Shown: positions 49,108 to 58,799 of the stretch, piece after piece
How positions within the stretch are numbered: the stretch's first letter is position 1
Layout of the letters: the number at the start of each line of letters is the position of its first letter
DNA from: Sedimentisphaerales bacterium
Lineage (GTDB): Bacteria; Planctomycetota; Phycisphaerae; Sedimentisphaerales; SM23-30
NCBI GenBank assembly: GCA_963663805.2
Contig: CAXXMR010000031.1
Coordinates: forward strand, 21,716 to 85,715
DNA length: 64,000 nucleotides
Reading direction: 5' to 3'
Position numbers and translations under genes: made by a program
Notes under the pieces: generated by a model
Databases searched by the model: none
Seen by the model: the letters and a program-made list of their open reading frames with translations, nothing else
What the model was told of the DNA's origin: nothing

Positions 49108-49776
49108 CTAACTTTTGGGCGGTCTACCCACCGGCAAAGCACGAAGACGACACCGGAACTTCTTCTCGAGCTTGTCGATGAAGGCATCGCTTCCCAGTGG
49201 TCTGCCCGCACGAGCGGCGGCCAGAATCTCCTCACCCAGCTCCGGTTCCATCTTCGCAGAGATGGTTTTGGCCCACTGTTTCTTGAGTCTTGCCGGAGGC
49301 CATGCCTTCAGGTCCAGGACTTCATAGCTGTCCTTGCCTTTGACATGAGCGGCAGCACTACTCCATTTGTACTGAGCGGCACCGCGAACCAGCTTCTTCT
49401 GGGCTGCCATTTGATCCACGAACTGTATTGACTGCTGAAGTTTACTGTCGTCCAGGATACACGAATGAAACCGGTCGTACCAGAGGGCACCACTCGATTT
49501 ACGCTTGGCATTCATATACCGAGTGTAATCAAAATGCGTCCTGGCTACCATGTTCGACAACGCGGCTTTCTTGTGAGGAACTACCACAAGATGAACCTGA
49601 TCCTTCAGCAAGCAATAGCCCAAAACGTCAGTATTGTAAACCTGACTGTTACGGGCCAGGATTTCCAGATACATCTGATAATCCTTATCGGTGGAAAAGA
49701 GCACCCGACCTTTTACGCCGCGTTGGTATACATAATGCGGCGCGTCCACTACTGTTATTCTTGCTTTTCTTGGCAT
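49108..49776 (-). CDS. RAYT/Y1 (IS200-like) transposase homologue lacking catalytic residues
   Basis: MPRKAR, PHYVYQRG, GYCLLKDQVHL, GALWYDRFHS, YKWSSA, GRPLGSDAF, GRP. Confidence 0.8.
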   Translation of the reverse strand: MPRKARITVVDAPHYVYQRGVKGRVLFSTDKDYQMYLEILARNSQVYNTDVLGYCLLKDQVHLVVVPHKKAALSNMVARTHFDYTRYMNAKRKSSGALWYDRFHSCILDDSKLQQSIQFVDQMAAQKKLVRGAAQYKWSSAAAHVKGKDSYEVLDLKAWPPARLKKQWAKTISAKMEPELGEEILAAARAGRPLGSDAFIDKLEKKFRCRLRALPVGRPPKS

Positions 49777-50037
49777 GATTCAGATTATAATACTGGTATC
49801 AAGGCACCGACAATAAAAAAAAAATAAAATCCCGCCGCAAATACTTGTTTATTGCCCGGTTTGCTCGGCAAGTAAAAACCATATGTTCATGTGACAACCC
49901 TGACAAATTTTATAACACCTCATAAAAAAAGAGTTTATACGACCTAATGTTGTTCGGTATATTCTGGGCCGTCCTGAAGATTGTATTCTTGTAAAAAAAT
50001 ACAGAACCAAAAAATGCAGATGATTAACCGCCCTTTT

Positions 50038-50066
50038 TTGACCTTGTTACAATTGTGAAATATAAT
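50038..50066 (+). promoter_or_regulatory. Sigma70-type promoter
   Basis: TTGACC-17-TATAAT upstream of the ybaK-like gene. Confidence 0.65.
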
Positions 50067-50151
50067 TGTATAGAGATTGTTTCAGTAGTATCCCGCGTTG
50101 TCGCCCGTGAAGAGAATGTTTGGGCAAAAAAACCGTTTTAAGGAGACAGAA

Positions 50152-50613
50152 ATGAATGTTCTAAGTTATCTTGACGATAATCATGTGAATTATCGACTAC
50201 GTACTCACCGACCAGCCTTTACCGCCCAGAAAATCGCTGCCGCCGAGCATGTCTCCGGGATGAATGTCGCCAAGCCGGTAGTTATTCAGGCCGACGGAAA
50301 ATTCTACATGTGCGTCCTGCCTGCCTGCTGTCGAGTTGACCTCGATATGCTGCGCAGTCAGCTCGGAGCCGGTGAAATCCAGTTGGTGCCTGAGGCGGAA
50401 ATGAGAAAACTCTTCCCCGATTGCGAGATTGGCGCCGAGCCGCCTATGGGGCATCTGTTTGGCATGACAACACTTATGGACAAAACCCTGTCCAGAGATG
50501 AGTTTCTGGTCTTTCAGGCTGGCCGACATGATGAGGCCGTCCAAATCAATCGGCGGGATTATGAGAACCTGGTCCGTCCCAAGATGCTTTCGTTCAGCTA
50601 CCATCTGCATTGA
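50152..50613 (+). CDS. YbaK/ProX-family aminoacyl-tRNA deacylase
   Basis: H.PAFTAQ, VAKPV, FPDCEIGAEPPMG, FQAG.H; RBS aggag. Confidence 0.85.
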   Translation: MNVLSYLDDNHVNYRLRTHRPAFTAQKIAAAEHVSGMNVAKPVVIQADGKFYMCVLPACCRVDLDMLRSQLGAGEIQLVPEAEMRKLFPDCEIGAEPPMGHLFGMTTLMDKTLSRDEFLVFQAGRHDEAVQINRRDYENLVRPKMLSFSYHLH

Positions 50614-50620
50614 CGGGTAA

Positions 50621-50863
50621 TTATGTGGTTTTTTCGTAAGTGCCGTCGCCTCGCTTGACCAGTTTTGTAAAGCCTTTGTCACGCAGACTGCCGTTGGACA
50701 GCAGAGGTACGCCCCCGGATACCTGAGCGGGGCATTTCTTGATTTTCGCTCCGCACTTGGGGCATTTCTGCAATGGCTTATCAGACATTGATTGCAATAT
50801 TTCGCAGCCGTCTTTGCAGTATTCGCAGCCGTCTTTTTCAGCTTTATAAATATATATAGGCAT
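50621..50863 (-). CDS. FmdB-family zinc-ribbon protein
   Basis: MPIYIY, CEYC, CPKCG. Confidence 0.8.
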   Translation of the reverse strand: MPIYIYKAEKDGCEYCKDGCEILQSMSDKPLQKCPKCGAKIKKCPAQVSGGVPLLSNGSLRDKGFTKLVKRGDGTYEKTT

Positions 50864-50868
50864 AGCCC

Positions 50869-51822
50869 TTAGTCTCCCGGTGTACCTTGAGTTTCACCTA
50901 TGGTAAATAATGCTTCGACAAACGTGCCCGGCTCGAACGGTTCTATGTCTTCGGGCTGTTCGCCCAGCCCCACAAATTTCACCGGAATATTAACCTGGTT
51001 GCGAATCGCGATAACCACCCCGCCTTTGGCGGTACCATCCAGTTTAGCCAGCATAATACCTGTAACCCCAACAGCTTGTGAGAACATCTTGGCCTGGTTG
51101 ATGGCGTTCTGGCCGGTGGTGGCATCCAGTACCTGAATAACCTCATGGGGGGCACCGGGAATTTTCTTGGCGACCACGTCACGAATTTTGGTCAGCTCAC
51201 GCATCAGGTTTTCCTGGGTGTGCAGTCGGCCTGCCGTATCTATTAATAGTACATCCGCATTACGGGCGACGGCTGCTTCGCAGGCATCATAAGCCACCGA
51301 GGCTGGGTCCGAACCCTGCTGGTGTTTGACGATTTGAACCCCCGTTCTTTCCGCCCAGATAGACAATTGAGCCACCGCAGCAGCCCGAAAAGTATCGCAG
51401 GCACCGAGTACCACGCTTTTACCCTGGGCACTGAGCATATGGGCTATTTTAGCAACGCTGGTGGTCTTACCCGTACCGTTTACGCCTGTTACTAAAATGA
51501 CTGTCGGGCCGGTAGTTGCATAATTAATCTGCCGGTCCCGCTGAGGCCAGTATTCTACCAGTTCCCGCTTCAAAAACGGGATAATATCGTCGGCGGTTTC
51601 TATCTTCTTTTGTTTCCAGGCCTCACGTAACTCCTTGATAAGCTCCAAAGTTGTTTCTACACCGATATCGTCGGTAATTAGCTGTTCTTCAAGTTCTTCC
51701 AGCAGTTGTTCATCTATTTTGCGGCCTAGCGTCAATACGCTTTTGAGCGAGCTGCCGATTTTGTCGCGGCTCTTTTTTAGACCGCCCTTGAGTTTTTCCA
51801 GTGCCTTCGAGAAAAATGCCAT
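50869..51822 (-). CDS. ftsY: Signal recognition particle receptor FtsY
   Basis: GVNGTGKTT, DTFRAAA, DTAGR, DATTGQN, KLDGTAKGG. Confidence 0.95.
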   Translation of the reverse strand: MAFFSKALEKLKGGLKKSRDKIGSSLKSVLTLGRKIDEQLLEELEEQLITDDIGVETTLELIKELREAWKQKKIETADDIIPFLKRELVEYWPQRDRQINYATTGPTVILVTGVNGTGKTTSVAKIAHMLSAQGKSVVLGACDTFRAAAVAQLSIWAERTGVQIVKHQQGSDPASVAYDACEAAVARNADVLLIDTAGRLHTQENLMRELTKIRDVVAKKIPGAPHEVIQVLDATTGQNAINQAKMFSQAVGVTGIMLAKLDGTAKGGVVIAIRNQVNIPVKFVGLGEQPEDIEPFEPGTFVEALFTIGETQGTPGD

Positions 51823-51827
51823 TTATA

Positions 51828-52277
51828 TTAATCCTGTTTTTTTTGAGAATGTAAAATTGTGTCGAGTACTCCGTTGATAAAGGAGGGAGCCTGAGCGGAG
51901 CTAAATTCCTTAGCCATTTCCACAGCTTCGTTTATGACAACCTTGACCGGGATTTCGGGCATTTTGATAAGCTGATACACTGCCAGGCGAAGGTTGGCAT
52001 GGTCCACCATACCCAGACGGCTGATTTGCCAGTTATGGGCAGAGCCGGAAATTATTTCGTCGAGTACCTGCCGGGAATGCCAGGTCTGAGTAGTCAGGGC
52101 GTGGGCCAGACGGTTGGCTTTGGCGCTCAGGGCGAATTCGTTCAGGAACGAATCCAGATTGTCCATTGCGTTATCTCCTTGTGCGTCAAGGGAATACAAA
52201 AACTGCAAAGCCAATCTTCGCGCGGCGGAGCGGTCGTCCAGGGGACGGGTACTACTGAAAGTCTTTGGTTCGTCCAT
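51828..52277 (-). CDS. nusB: Transcription antitermination factor NusB
   Basis: RSAARRLALQFLY, VVINEAVEMAK, FINGVLD; follows ribH. Confidence 0.93.
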   Translation of the reverse strand: MDEPKTFSSTRPLDDRSAARRLALQFLYSLDAQGDNAMDNLDSFLNEFALSAKANRLAHALTTQTWHSRQVLDEIISGSAHNWQISRLGMVDHANLRLAVYQLIKMPEIPVKVVINEAVEMAKEFSSAQAPSFINGVLDTILHSQKKQD

Positions 52278-52283
52278 ATATGA

Positions 52284-52781
52284 TTACTTAATATTGTCGA
52301 TTTGACTGAGGACATTTACCATTTCGATGGCGGTAACGGCGGCGTTGAAGCCCTGATTACCGCCTTTGGCGCCAGCCCGGTCGATAGCTTCCTCGATGGT
52401 ATCGCAAGTGATTACTCCGAAGATGGTTGGGATTCCCGTTTTGAGGCCGACCTCGCCGACCCCACGGGTAATCTGCTGACAGACATGGTCGTAATGTGAG
52501 GTCTGGCCTCGAATTACGGCTGCCAGGCAAATAATAGCGTCGAACTTACCGGAAGCGGCCATTTTCTGGGCGGCTAGAGGAACTTCGTAAGAGCCTGGTA
52601 CCCAAAGGTTTACGGTTTGATTTTCTTCGGCTCCGTGGCGTTTCAGGGCGTCCAGGGCCCCTGCCAGGAGGCGTGAGGTGATAAATTCATTGAAACGGGC
52701 AATGACGATACCGTATTTTTCTTTGCCGACTTTCAGTGCGCCGTGCAGTTCCTGTGTCATGGTAAACTCCGGTTTAGCCAA
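52284..52781 (-). CDS. ribH: 6,7-dimethyl-8-ribityllumazine synthase
   Basis: [40 protein letters not shown]. Confidence 0.95.
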   Translation of the reverse strand: MAKPEFTMTQELHGALKVGKEKYGIVIARFNEFITSRLLAGALDALKRHGAEENQTVNLWVPGSYEVPLAAQKMAASGKFDAIICLAAVIRGQTSHYDHVCQQITRGVGEVGLKTGIPTIFGVITCDTIEEAIDRAGAKGGNQGFNAAVTAIEMVNVLSQIDNIK

Positions 52782-53081
52782 TAGTTATGTTTATTTTATA
52801 TACCCCGCTCACCGGAGCGTGGTATAATCAAACTTAGCATTCTACCCTATATGGTATCGTCTTTCAATGGTACTTTTGGGAGTCAAATGTGGCGGCGAAA
52901 CCGCGTAAAATGCGGAAAAATCAGCGCTAAAGTGGCTGAGAGGGCCGTTTTTTGCCGTTTTTTTGACAAAAAAACTCAAAAAACTCGGTTTTTGTGGAAA
53001 AAAAAACGGAAATTTAACAAAAAAACTGGGGCGGTCAATCCGAGAGTAATACGTCCAGAGGGATTCATAATCTTAAGCCAA

Positions 53082-53162
53082 ATAAACTGGAAATTCTAAA
53101 CCCTAAGCAAATTCTAAACTAAAAATTCAAAACAACGCCAACAAAAATATTTAACCGCGGAT
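53082..53162 (+). repeat. Composite intergenic repeat, copy A (heptamer part plus core)
   Basis: ataaactggaaa...aaattctaaac..aaaattcaaaa...aatatttaaccgcggat; matches 56240-56334. Confidence 0.8.
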
Positions 53163-53174
53163 ACTACAAATCAA

Positions 53175-54941
53175 TTAATATCCAATAATGTTTCTCAGCT
53201 CATCTATATGTTTTTCATAGACTTCACGTGGGGTGATATTATATTTCCTGCACAAAGCGGCCGCGTATCCTGTCGCGACTCCCATCTGGCCGGTGGTATT
53301 CATTACCCGCGGGCCGCCGAGTCCGACATGCGAACAACTGAAGCATCTTCCTGCCATCATCAGATTATCGATATTCTTAGAATACAGACAGCGGAACGGG
53401 ATATAATATCTCGCTACCTTTCTGAAAAGTGCCTTCGATATAAAATCATAGGGCAATCCTTTGAGGGCCTTCTGGAAATGGACATCTATCTCGCGCTGCT
53501 CTTCCGCGACCGTGTCGGCGAACTTCCGCCCTTCAATTACATCTGCCATGGTATAGGTATAATCACCTACCAACCGTCGCGACTCCCGCTTACCCAGAAT
53601 ATAACCGACCCAATCGAGGACTCTGTCGGCATTATTCGGGTCTTTTTTCGCGTTGGCAAACGAACCGTATATCGCACAGAGCAATGTATCGCGAATTTCC
53701 TCGGCATCCTCGATCTGATTCAGGTGTTCGGCTGAATATTCCCAATACCACTCACCTTTCAAGGCGGCGTAATCCTTCGCTATCGGCATTGCCCAGGGGA
53801 CATCGGCAAAGTCCGCCGCCTGCTCACTTTCGCGTGAATACCACAGCAGCGATGAACCCATCACCCGATTGTCGGGTTTCTCCGGGGACCATAAATCGCC
53901 GTACTTCTCCCAGCTTTCATCGAATTCATCCTGAGCCTCTCTGCCGTAACGATACTCGGCCCCGGCCCAATAGCCGATCCAGCCATCACCGGTACAGTCA
54001 ATAAAAACCGGAGCCGCGAAACCCCCTAATTCGCCAGTTTCGATATGTCGGGCAGCGACATGTTCTATCACACAGTCCTTACTTCGTACTCCTGTGGCCC
54101 GCCAGCACAGAAACAGTTTTATGTTATCCTTCGACTCCATCACCTGCTGACGTTTGCGGCCATCGGCAATGGCCTCGCTTGAGCCATTAGGCCAATGTTG
54201 AGTGTTTATCGCATTGAGTATCTCGCCGCTCTTGCCGACAACCCCCAGAGTATGAACCCGGACCTCCTGGCTCGCGTTTCCGCCCAGCAGCGGCCTGTCA
54301 TGTATCAAAGCAACTTTCAGACCCTCACGCTCGGCAGCCAAAGCGGCGGCACAACCGGCGATACCTCCGCCTACTATCACGACATCAAATTTGTGTACCG
54401 CGGCCGCGTCATAATCAACTTTCGATATTTCATCTCGCCATTTACGCAATGATGTGTCATCAGTCGGCGGCACAAAATCTTTGTCTGGGGTAAAAAACAG
54501 CGCATCACACCTGCCCTCAAAACCTGTTAAATCACGCAGCTCTACCCAAACCTTACCCCGGCTGATATTAACCAGACCGCCATTCTGCCAGTGCCATCCT
54601 GATTCAGTGCCGAACACCGTATCCAATTCTTTTCCAGCAATTTTCACCTTGAACCGGCCCGGAGCCTGCCAGTTGCCCGGTCGCCAGTTTTTGGTGCGTA
54701 CCCAAAGTCGGTATTCTCCTTCTTCGGCAAATTCAACCTGCGTGCGGGCATTGGCCACCGGCACACCCAAACCGTGAGCCAGCAGATAGCTTGAACCCAT
54801 CACATCCATAAACTGCTGGTCAACTAACCAGCCGCCTTTGTCCGAAAAATTCTCGGCCTCAACTAAAATACCATCACCGGCCCCAAACGCCACAGAACAA
54901 ATCAATACGAAAACCAAAATCACTTGAATACCGTAAATCAT
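53175..54941 (-). CDS. Secreted FAD-dependent oxidoreductase
   Basis: Signal peptide from MIYGIQ; VGGGIAG, LGGNASQE, IDCTGDG, GKRESRR, IPFRCLYSKNIDNLMMAGR. Confidence 0.85.
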   Translation of the reverse strand: MIYGIQVILVFVLICSVAFGAGDGILVEAENFSDKGGWLVDQQFMDVMGSSYLLAHGLGVPVANARTQVEFAEEGEYRLWVRTKNWRPGNWQAPGRFKVKIAGKELDTVFGTESGWHWQNGGLVNISRGKVWVELRDLTGFEGRCDALFFTPDKDFVPPTDDTSLRKWRDEISKVDYDAAAVHKFDVVIVGGGIAGCAAALAAEREGLKVALIHDRPLLGGNASQEVRVHTLGVVGKSGEILNAINTQHWPNGSSEAIADGRKRQQVMESKDNIKLFLCWRATGVRSKDCVIEHVAARHIETGELGGFAAPVFIDCTGDGWIGYWAGAEYRYGREAQDEFDESWEKYGDLWSPEKPDNRVMGSSLLWYSRESEQAADFADVPWAMPIAKDYAALKGEWYWEYSAEHLNQIEDAEEIRDTLLCAIYGSFANAKKDPNNADRVLDWVGYILGKRESRRLVGDYTYTMADVIEGRKFADTVAEEQREIDVHFQKALKGLPYDFISKALFRKVARYYIPFRCLYSKNIDNLMMAGRCFSCSHVGLGGPRVMNTTGQMGVATGYAAALCRKYNITPREVYEKHIDELRNIIGY

Positions 54942-54973
54942 ACAATACCGCCTTTGAAAGTAATTATTACCGG

Positions 54974-56155
54974 TTATAATTTCAGGAAAATTCTCTTGCG
55001 ATAGAGAAGGTACAGGAAAATCCATTTCAGCAGCAATGTTCCCAGAATGGTCAGCATGGGCTGCCACGCTTCAGTCGCAAATTTGATCATCCCGCTAAAG
55101 AAAAACTCGTTGGCATGGCTAAAACCTATAAACCGCCCGGCCAGATAGATCGTGATGGGGTTCACACCGACCACTGTATAAACAATCGCCCATTTCCTCA
55201 GCCCCGCGCAATCCATAATAAGGTAGAAGAATGACAGCAGCAGCATACTGCAACCCGCCGCCAGCAGAATAAACGAGCCCGTCCAAATCATCTTGATAAT
55301 CGGATAGAACTGACCCCAAAGCACACCCAGCCCGACCAATACCAGGCCGGCGATGAAAATACCCAACAGCTTTTTCCAGTTACCGCGATCTGTCCTCATC
55401 AGCCATTGGCCGGTAAGTGCCCCGATGAGGGCCATGCTGATACCCGAAAAACATTGCATGATGCCCTCCGGGTCATAAACCTTGCCATACAACCGACCCG
55501 GCAGGAGCATCCTGTCAACATAAGAAGCCAGGGAACCTTCGGGCGTTAATATCCCGGCACCGTAACCAGGCACCGGAATCAGCATCAAAGCGGTCCAATA
55601 GCCCAGCAGGATCGCCAGACAGAAAATCACCTGCTTTTTGATAGCGAAGTGCATCACAATCATAAACGCGAAAAAATATCCTATCCCTATCAGGGCCAGC
55701 ACCCCGGCAAAACGGGTTTCCGCTACCCCGCGAAAAGACAAGGCACCGTTATAGATAATGTTTATCAGCACCAGCAGAAACATACGTCGCCCGGCCCGAA
55801 AATAAATACCGCCCCGGCCTACTCCCGGCCTTTGCAAAGAGGCCAGCGAAAACGGGATCGCCACCCCGACAATAAACAGGAACATCGGGAAAATTAAATC
55901 GTAAAACCGAAACCCCTCCCACTCAACATGAAGCATCTGTTCGGCCAGAGAATCCAGAATCGGCCAATCAAAACACTGGGCGGCACTGCGTACCAAAGGG
56001 CCTACCCCGATTATCCAGAGCATATCAAAACCCCGCAAAGCGTCCAGCGATGCCAGTCGGGGAGATTTGGCCCTGGCTGATAAATCAGCCCCCCCGACAA
56101 GTTCCGCACAACCTTGCTGTCCATCTGAATATTTATCCAAAAGGCACCCTTTCAT
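54974..56155 (-). CDS. DUF5009/HGSNAT-like (NagX-like) membrane acyltransferase
   Basis: RLASLDALRGFDM, H..WEG...YDLIFP.FLFIVG, DPEG, PIIK.IWT.SF. Confidence 0.85.
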   Translation of the reverse strand: MKGCLLDKYSDGQQGCAELVGGADLSARAKSPRLASLDALRGFDMLWIIGVGPLVRSAAQCFDWPILDSLAEQMLHVEWEGFRFYDLIFPMFLFIVGVAIPFSLASLQRPGVGRGGIYFRAGRRMFLLVLINIIYNGALSFRGVAETRFAGVLALIGIGYFFAFMIVMHFAIKKQVIFCLAILLGYWTALMLIPVPGYGAGILTPEGSLASYVDRMLLPGRLYGKVYDPEGIMQCFSGISMALIGALTGQWLMRTDRGNWKKLLGIFIAGLVLVGLGVLWGQFYPIIKMIWTGSFILLAAGCSMLLLSFFYLIMDCAGLRKWAIVYTVVGVNPITIYLAGRFIGFSHANEFFFSGMIKFATEAWQPMLTILGTLLLKWIFLYLLYRKRIFLKL

Positions 56156-56239
56156 TGTTTAATCTATTTACTTACCGATAGTTAGGAGACCTGTCTTCAC
56201 CGCCCGGGGGCTCTCCAGACACAAACCATCCTAACCCAG

Positions 56240-56437
56240 ATAAACTGGAAACCCTAAGCTCTAAATTCTAAATCCGAACCAAATTCTAAACACAAAATTC
56301 AAAATAACAACAACGACAATATTTAGACGCGGATTACACGGATTACGCGGATTTTTAACGGCACCGCTTACTTCCGTACGCGGCTCTGGTAAATTGTTGA
56401 CATTTTGCGCAAAATTTCATTTGTAAGAGACTAACGC
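56240..56437 (+). repeat. Composite intergenic repeat, copy B (full length)
   Basis: Left part matches 53082-53162, right part matches 58586-58710; contains ggattacac-type 9-mers. Confidence 0.8.
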
Positions 56438-56764
56438 CAAGCGGGAAATTGTTCAAAACAATTAATGGTGGAGACAGAGGGCATGAGGCAAGAGGGCGTG
56501 TTGCCCAAATAGTCGATGATGTCATCAGCCGCGAAAACCAGGGCCTTGCTTGGCAAGAAGCTGCCGGACGGACGGTGTTTTTACGTAAATAAAGGTTTTG
56601 GTGGTTGTATCCGGCCGCTTACGCGGCTCGGCTTCTGCGTTCTGGCGAGAGTTTGGGGGGCTTGTTTTCAAATTTACATCGACCTCGGTGTTTATTTCTA
56701 CTATAATTCCTGCCACAATAAAATAATTGTAAAACCCGCTTTGACCAGACCAGGAGATTACTTT

Positions 56765-58594
56765 ATGCCCCCTCTCAAAACGCTATTAACTTTCGTGGCA
56801 ATAACGCTTGCCTTCTCCACCGCCCCGGCCCAAGCACAACCACTAGAAGCCTATCTGCTTTTACCGGCCCCGCGGCAAATTGAGTACACTGACAATTTCA
56901 CTCAGGCCCCTGCTGTCCAACTGGAACAGGAAAGCAAAATTGATTACGATGCCGTCGCGTCGAAGCAGGGTTATCAAATCAAAATAACTCCCGACCAAAT
57001 TTCGATAGTCGCTCATGACCAGGCGGGGCTTTATTACGCCCGGCAAACCCTTAACCAGATTATCAAGCAATCAGGCAATCAGCCGCTCCGCTGCCTGACC
57101 ATCAATGATTATCCTGATTTTCCCGTCCGTGGCGTAATGCTCGACATCAGCCGCGACAAAGTGCCCACTATGGAGACCCTCTACAATCTGATTGATATGC
57201 TTGCGTCATGGAAGATCAATCATTTTCAGCTCTATACCGAACACACCTTCGCCTATAAAAACCATAAAACCGTCTGGCAGGATGCCTCGCCCATGACCGC
57301 GGAGGAAATCCAGGCCCTCGACAAATATTGCAAGTCTCGTTATATCGATCTTGTTCCCAACCAGAATTCGTTTGGGCACATGCAGCGCTGGCTCAAACAT
57401 GAGGAATATCTCCATCTGGCTGAAGCACCCGATTATGTTAAAACCGTCTGGGGCAACCGGCGTCAGCACACTTTGTATCCCGCGGAGCCGGGCTCTATCG
57501 AACTTATCAGCGAACTTTACGATGAACTGCTGCCCAATTTCTCCAGTAAGTATTTAAATGTCGGCTGTGACGAAACCGTCGAGCTTGGCAACGGCCGAAG
57601 TAAAGAGCTCTGCGAAAAGATTGGTCGCAATCGCGTCTATCTTGACTACCTGCTCAAAATTCACGAACAGGTCCAAAAGCACGGCAAAATAATGATGTTC
57701 TGGGCTGATATGGTACAGAACCATCCCGAAGTACTGGATGAACTGCCCAAAGATATTATTCCGCTTTTATGGGGCTACAGCGAAACTCACCCTTTCGATA
57801 AATATTGTCAGGCCGTCGCTCAGACCGGATGCAAATTTTATGTCTGCCCCGGCAACTCGACCTGGATTACCATTGCCGGCCAAACGGATAAAGCCAAGGC
57901 CAACCTGCTCAACGCTGCCCAGAACGGCCTGAAGTACGGAGCTGGCGGCTATGTCATTACCGACTGGGGGGATTTGGGCGACTGGGAGCCTATCACGGTC
58001 AGCTATTCTGGTTATGCCTATGGCGCGGCGCTTAGCTGGTCGGTTGAAAAAAATCAGGGGATTGATCTAGCCGGTGTATTGAGTAAATTTGCCTTTGATG
58101 ACCAGGCCAATATTATGGGACAGTTAATGTACGACCTGGGCAACGCCTATAAGGTCGGCGATGTTATTATTCACAACAGCTCATGGTTCGGCAGACTGCT
58201 GCAGCTTAGCGACTGGAACATTGCCCAAAAAGCACCCGGCCTAACAGTGGAGAAAATCCACGAGCTTGAAAATTACGTCGATAGAGTTACCGCTTCGCTG
58301 AATCAGGCCCAAATCCAGCGTGGCGACGCTGACACCATTGTCGCCGAAACTAAACAGGTGGTCCGCCTGATTCATCATGCCTGCGACCTTGGTGTCACTC
58401 TTTTGAATACTGAAAATAAAACCATCGCAGAGATTCCTCTGGAGACCCGCCAGAAACTCGCCCTTGATATGAAAGAGATTATGGAAAATCAAAAAGCCTT
58501 ATGGCTTATCCGTAATCGGCCCGGCGGTTTGAAGGACAGTGTTGAGCGTATGGAAAATAAAATCAACGCATACGAACAGGACGGAAATATTTAA
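56765..58594 (+). CDS. GH20 beta-N-acetylhexosaminidase, secreted
   Basis: DYPDFPVRGVMLDISR, GH, NVGCDE catalytic pair, FWADM, TDWGD; signal peptide; RBS ggag. Confidence 0.9.
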   Translation: MPPLKTLLTFVAITLAFSTAPAQAQPLEAYLLLPAPRQIEYTDNFTQAPAVQLEQESKIDYDAVASKQGYQIKITPDQISIVAHDQAGLYYARQTLNQIIKQSGNQPLRCLTINDYPDFPVRGVMLDISRDKVPTMETLYNLIDMLASWKINHFQLYTEHTFAYKNHKTVWQDASPMTAEEIQALDKYCKSRYIDLVPNQNSFGHMQRWLKHEEYLHLAEAPDYVKTVWGNRRQHTLYPAEPGSIELISELYDELLPNFSSKYLNVGCDETVELGNGRSKELCEKIGRNRVYLDYLLKIHEQVQKHGKIMMFWADMVQNHPEVLDELPKDIIPLLWGYSETHPFDKYCQAVAQTGCKFYVCPGNSTWITIAGQTDKAKANLLNAAQNGLKYGAGGYVITDWGDLGDWEPITVSYSGYAYGAALSWSVEKNQGIDLAGVLSKFAFDDQANIMGQLMYDLGNAYKVGDVIIHNSSWFGRLLQLSDWNIAQKAPGLTVEKIHELENYVDRVTASLNQAQIQRGDADTIVAETKQVVRLIHHACDLGVTLLNTENKTIAEIPLETRQKLALDMKEIMENQKALWLIRNRPGGLKDSVERMENKINAYEQDGNI

Positions 58595-58710
58595 CCGCGG
58601 ATTACACGGATTTTGCGGATTTTAAACGGCAACTAATTTAATTATGTACACGCGTTTCCGGGAATATTGTTGCCATTTTGCGTAAAATATCATTTGTAAG
58701 AGACTAACGC
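58586..58710 (+). repeat. Composite intergenic repeat, copy C (core plus right part); contains the GH20 stop codon
   Basis: aatatttaaccgcggattacacggat...attgttg.cattttgcg.aaaat.tcatttgtaagagactaacgc. Confidence 0.8.
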
Positions 58711-58799
58711 AAAAAATTTGGCGTTGCCGGGCTTATGTCCGGCACCTTTGTCAGGCAAGATTATCCCCGACAAATTATGAAACTCATGAGGTAATCGAA

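Noticed and set aside
56516..56764. N-terminal extension of the GH20 ORF
   Set aside because: RBS and signal peptide point to ATG 56765
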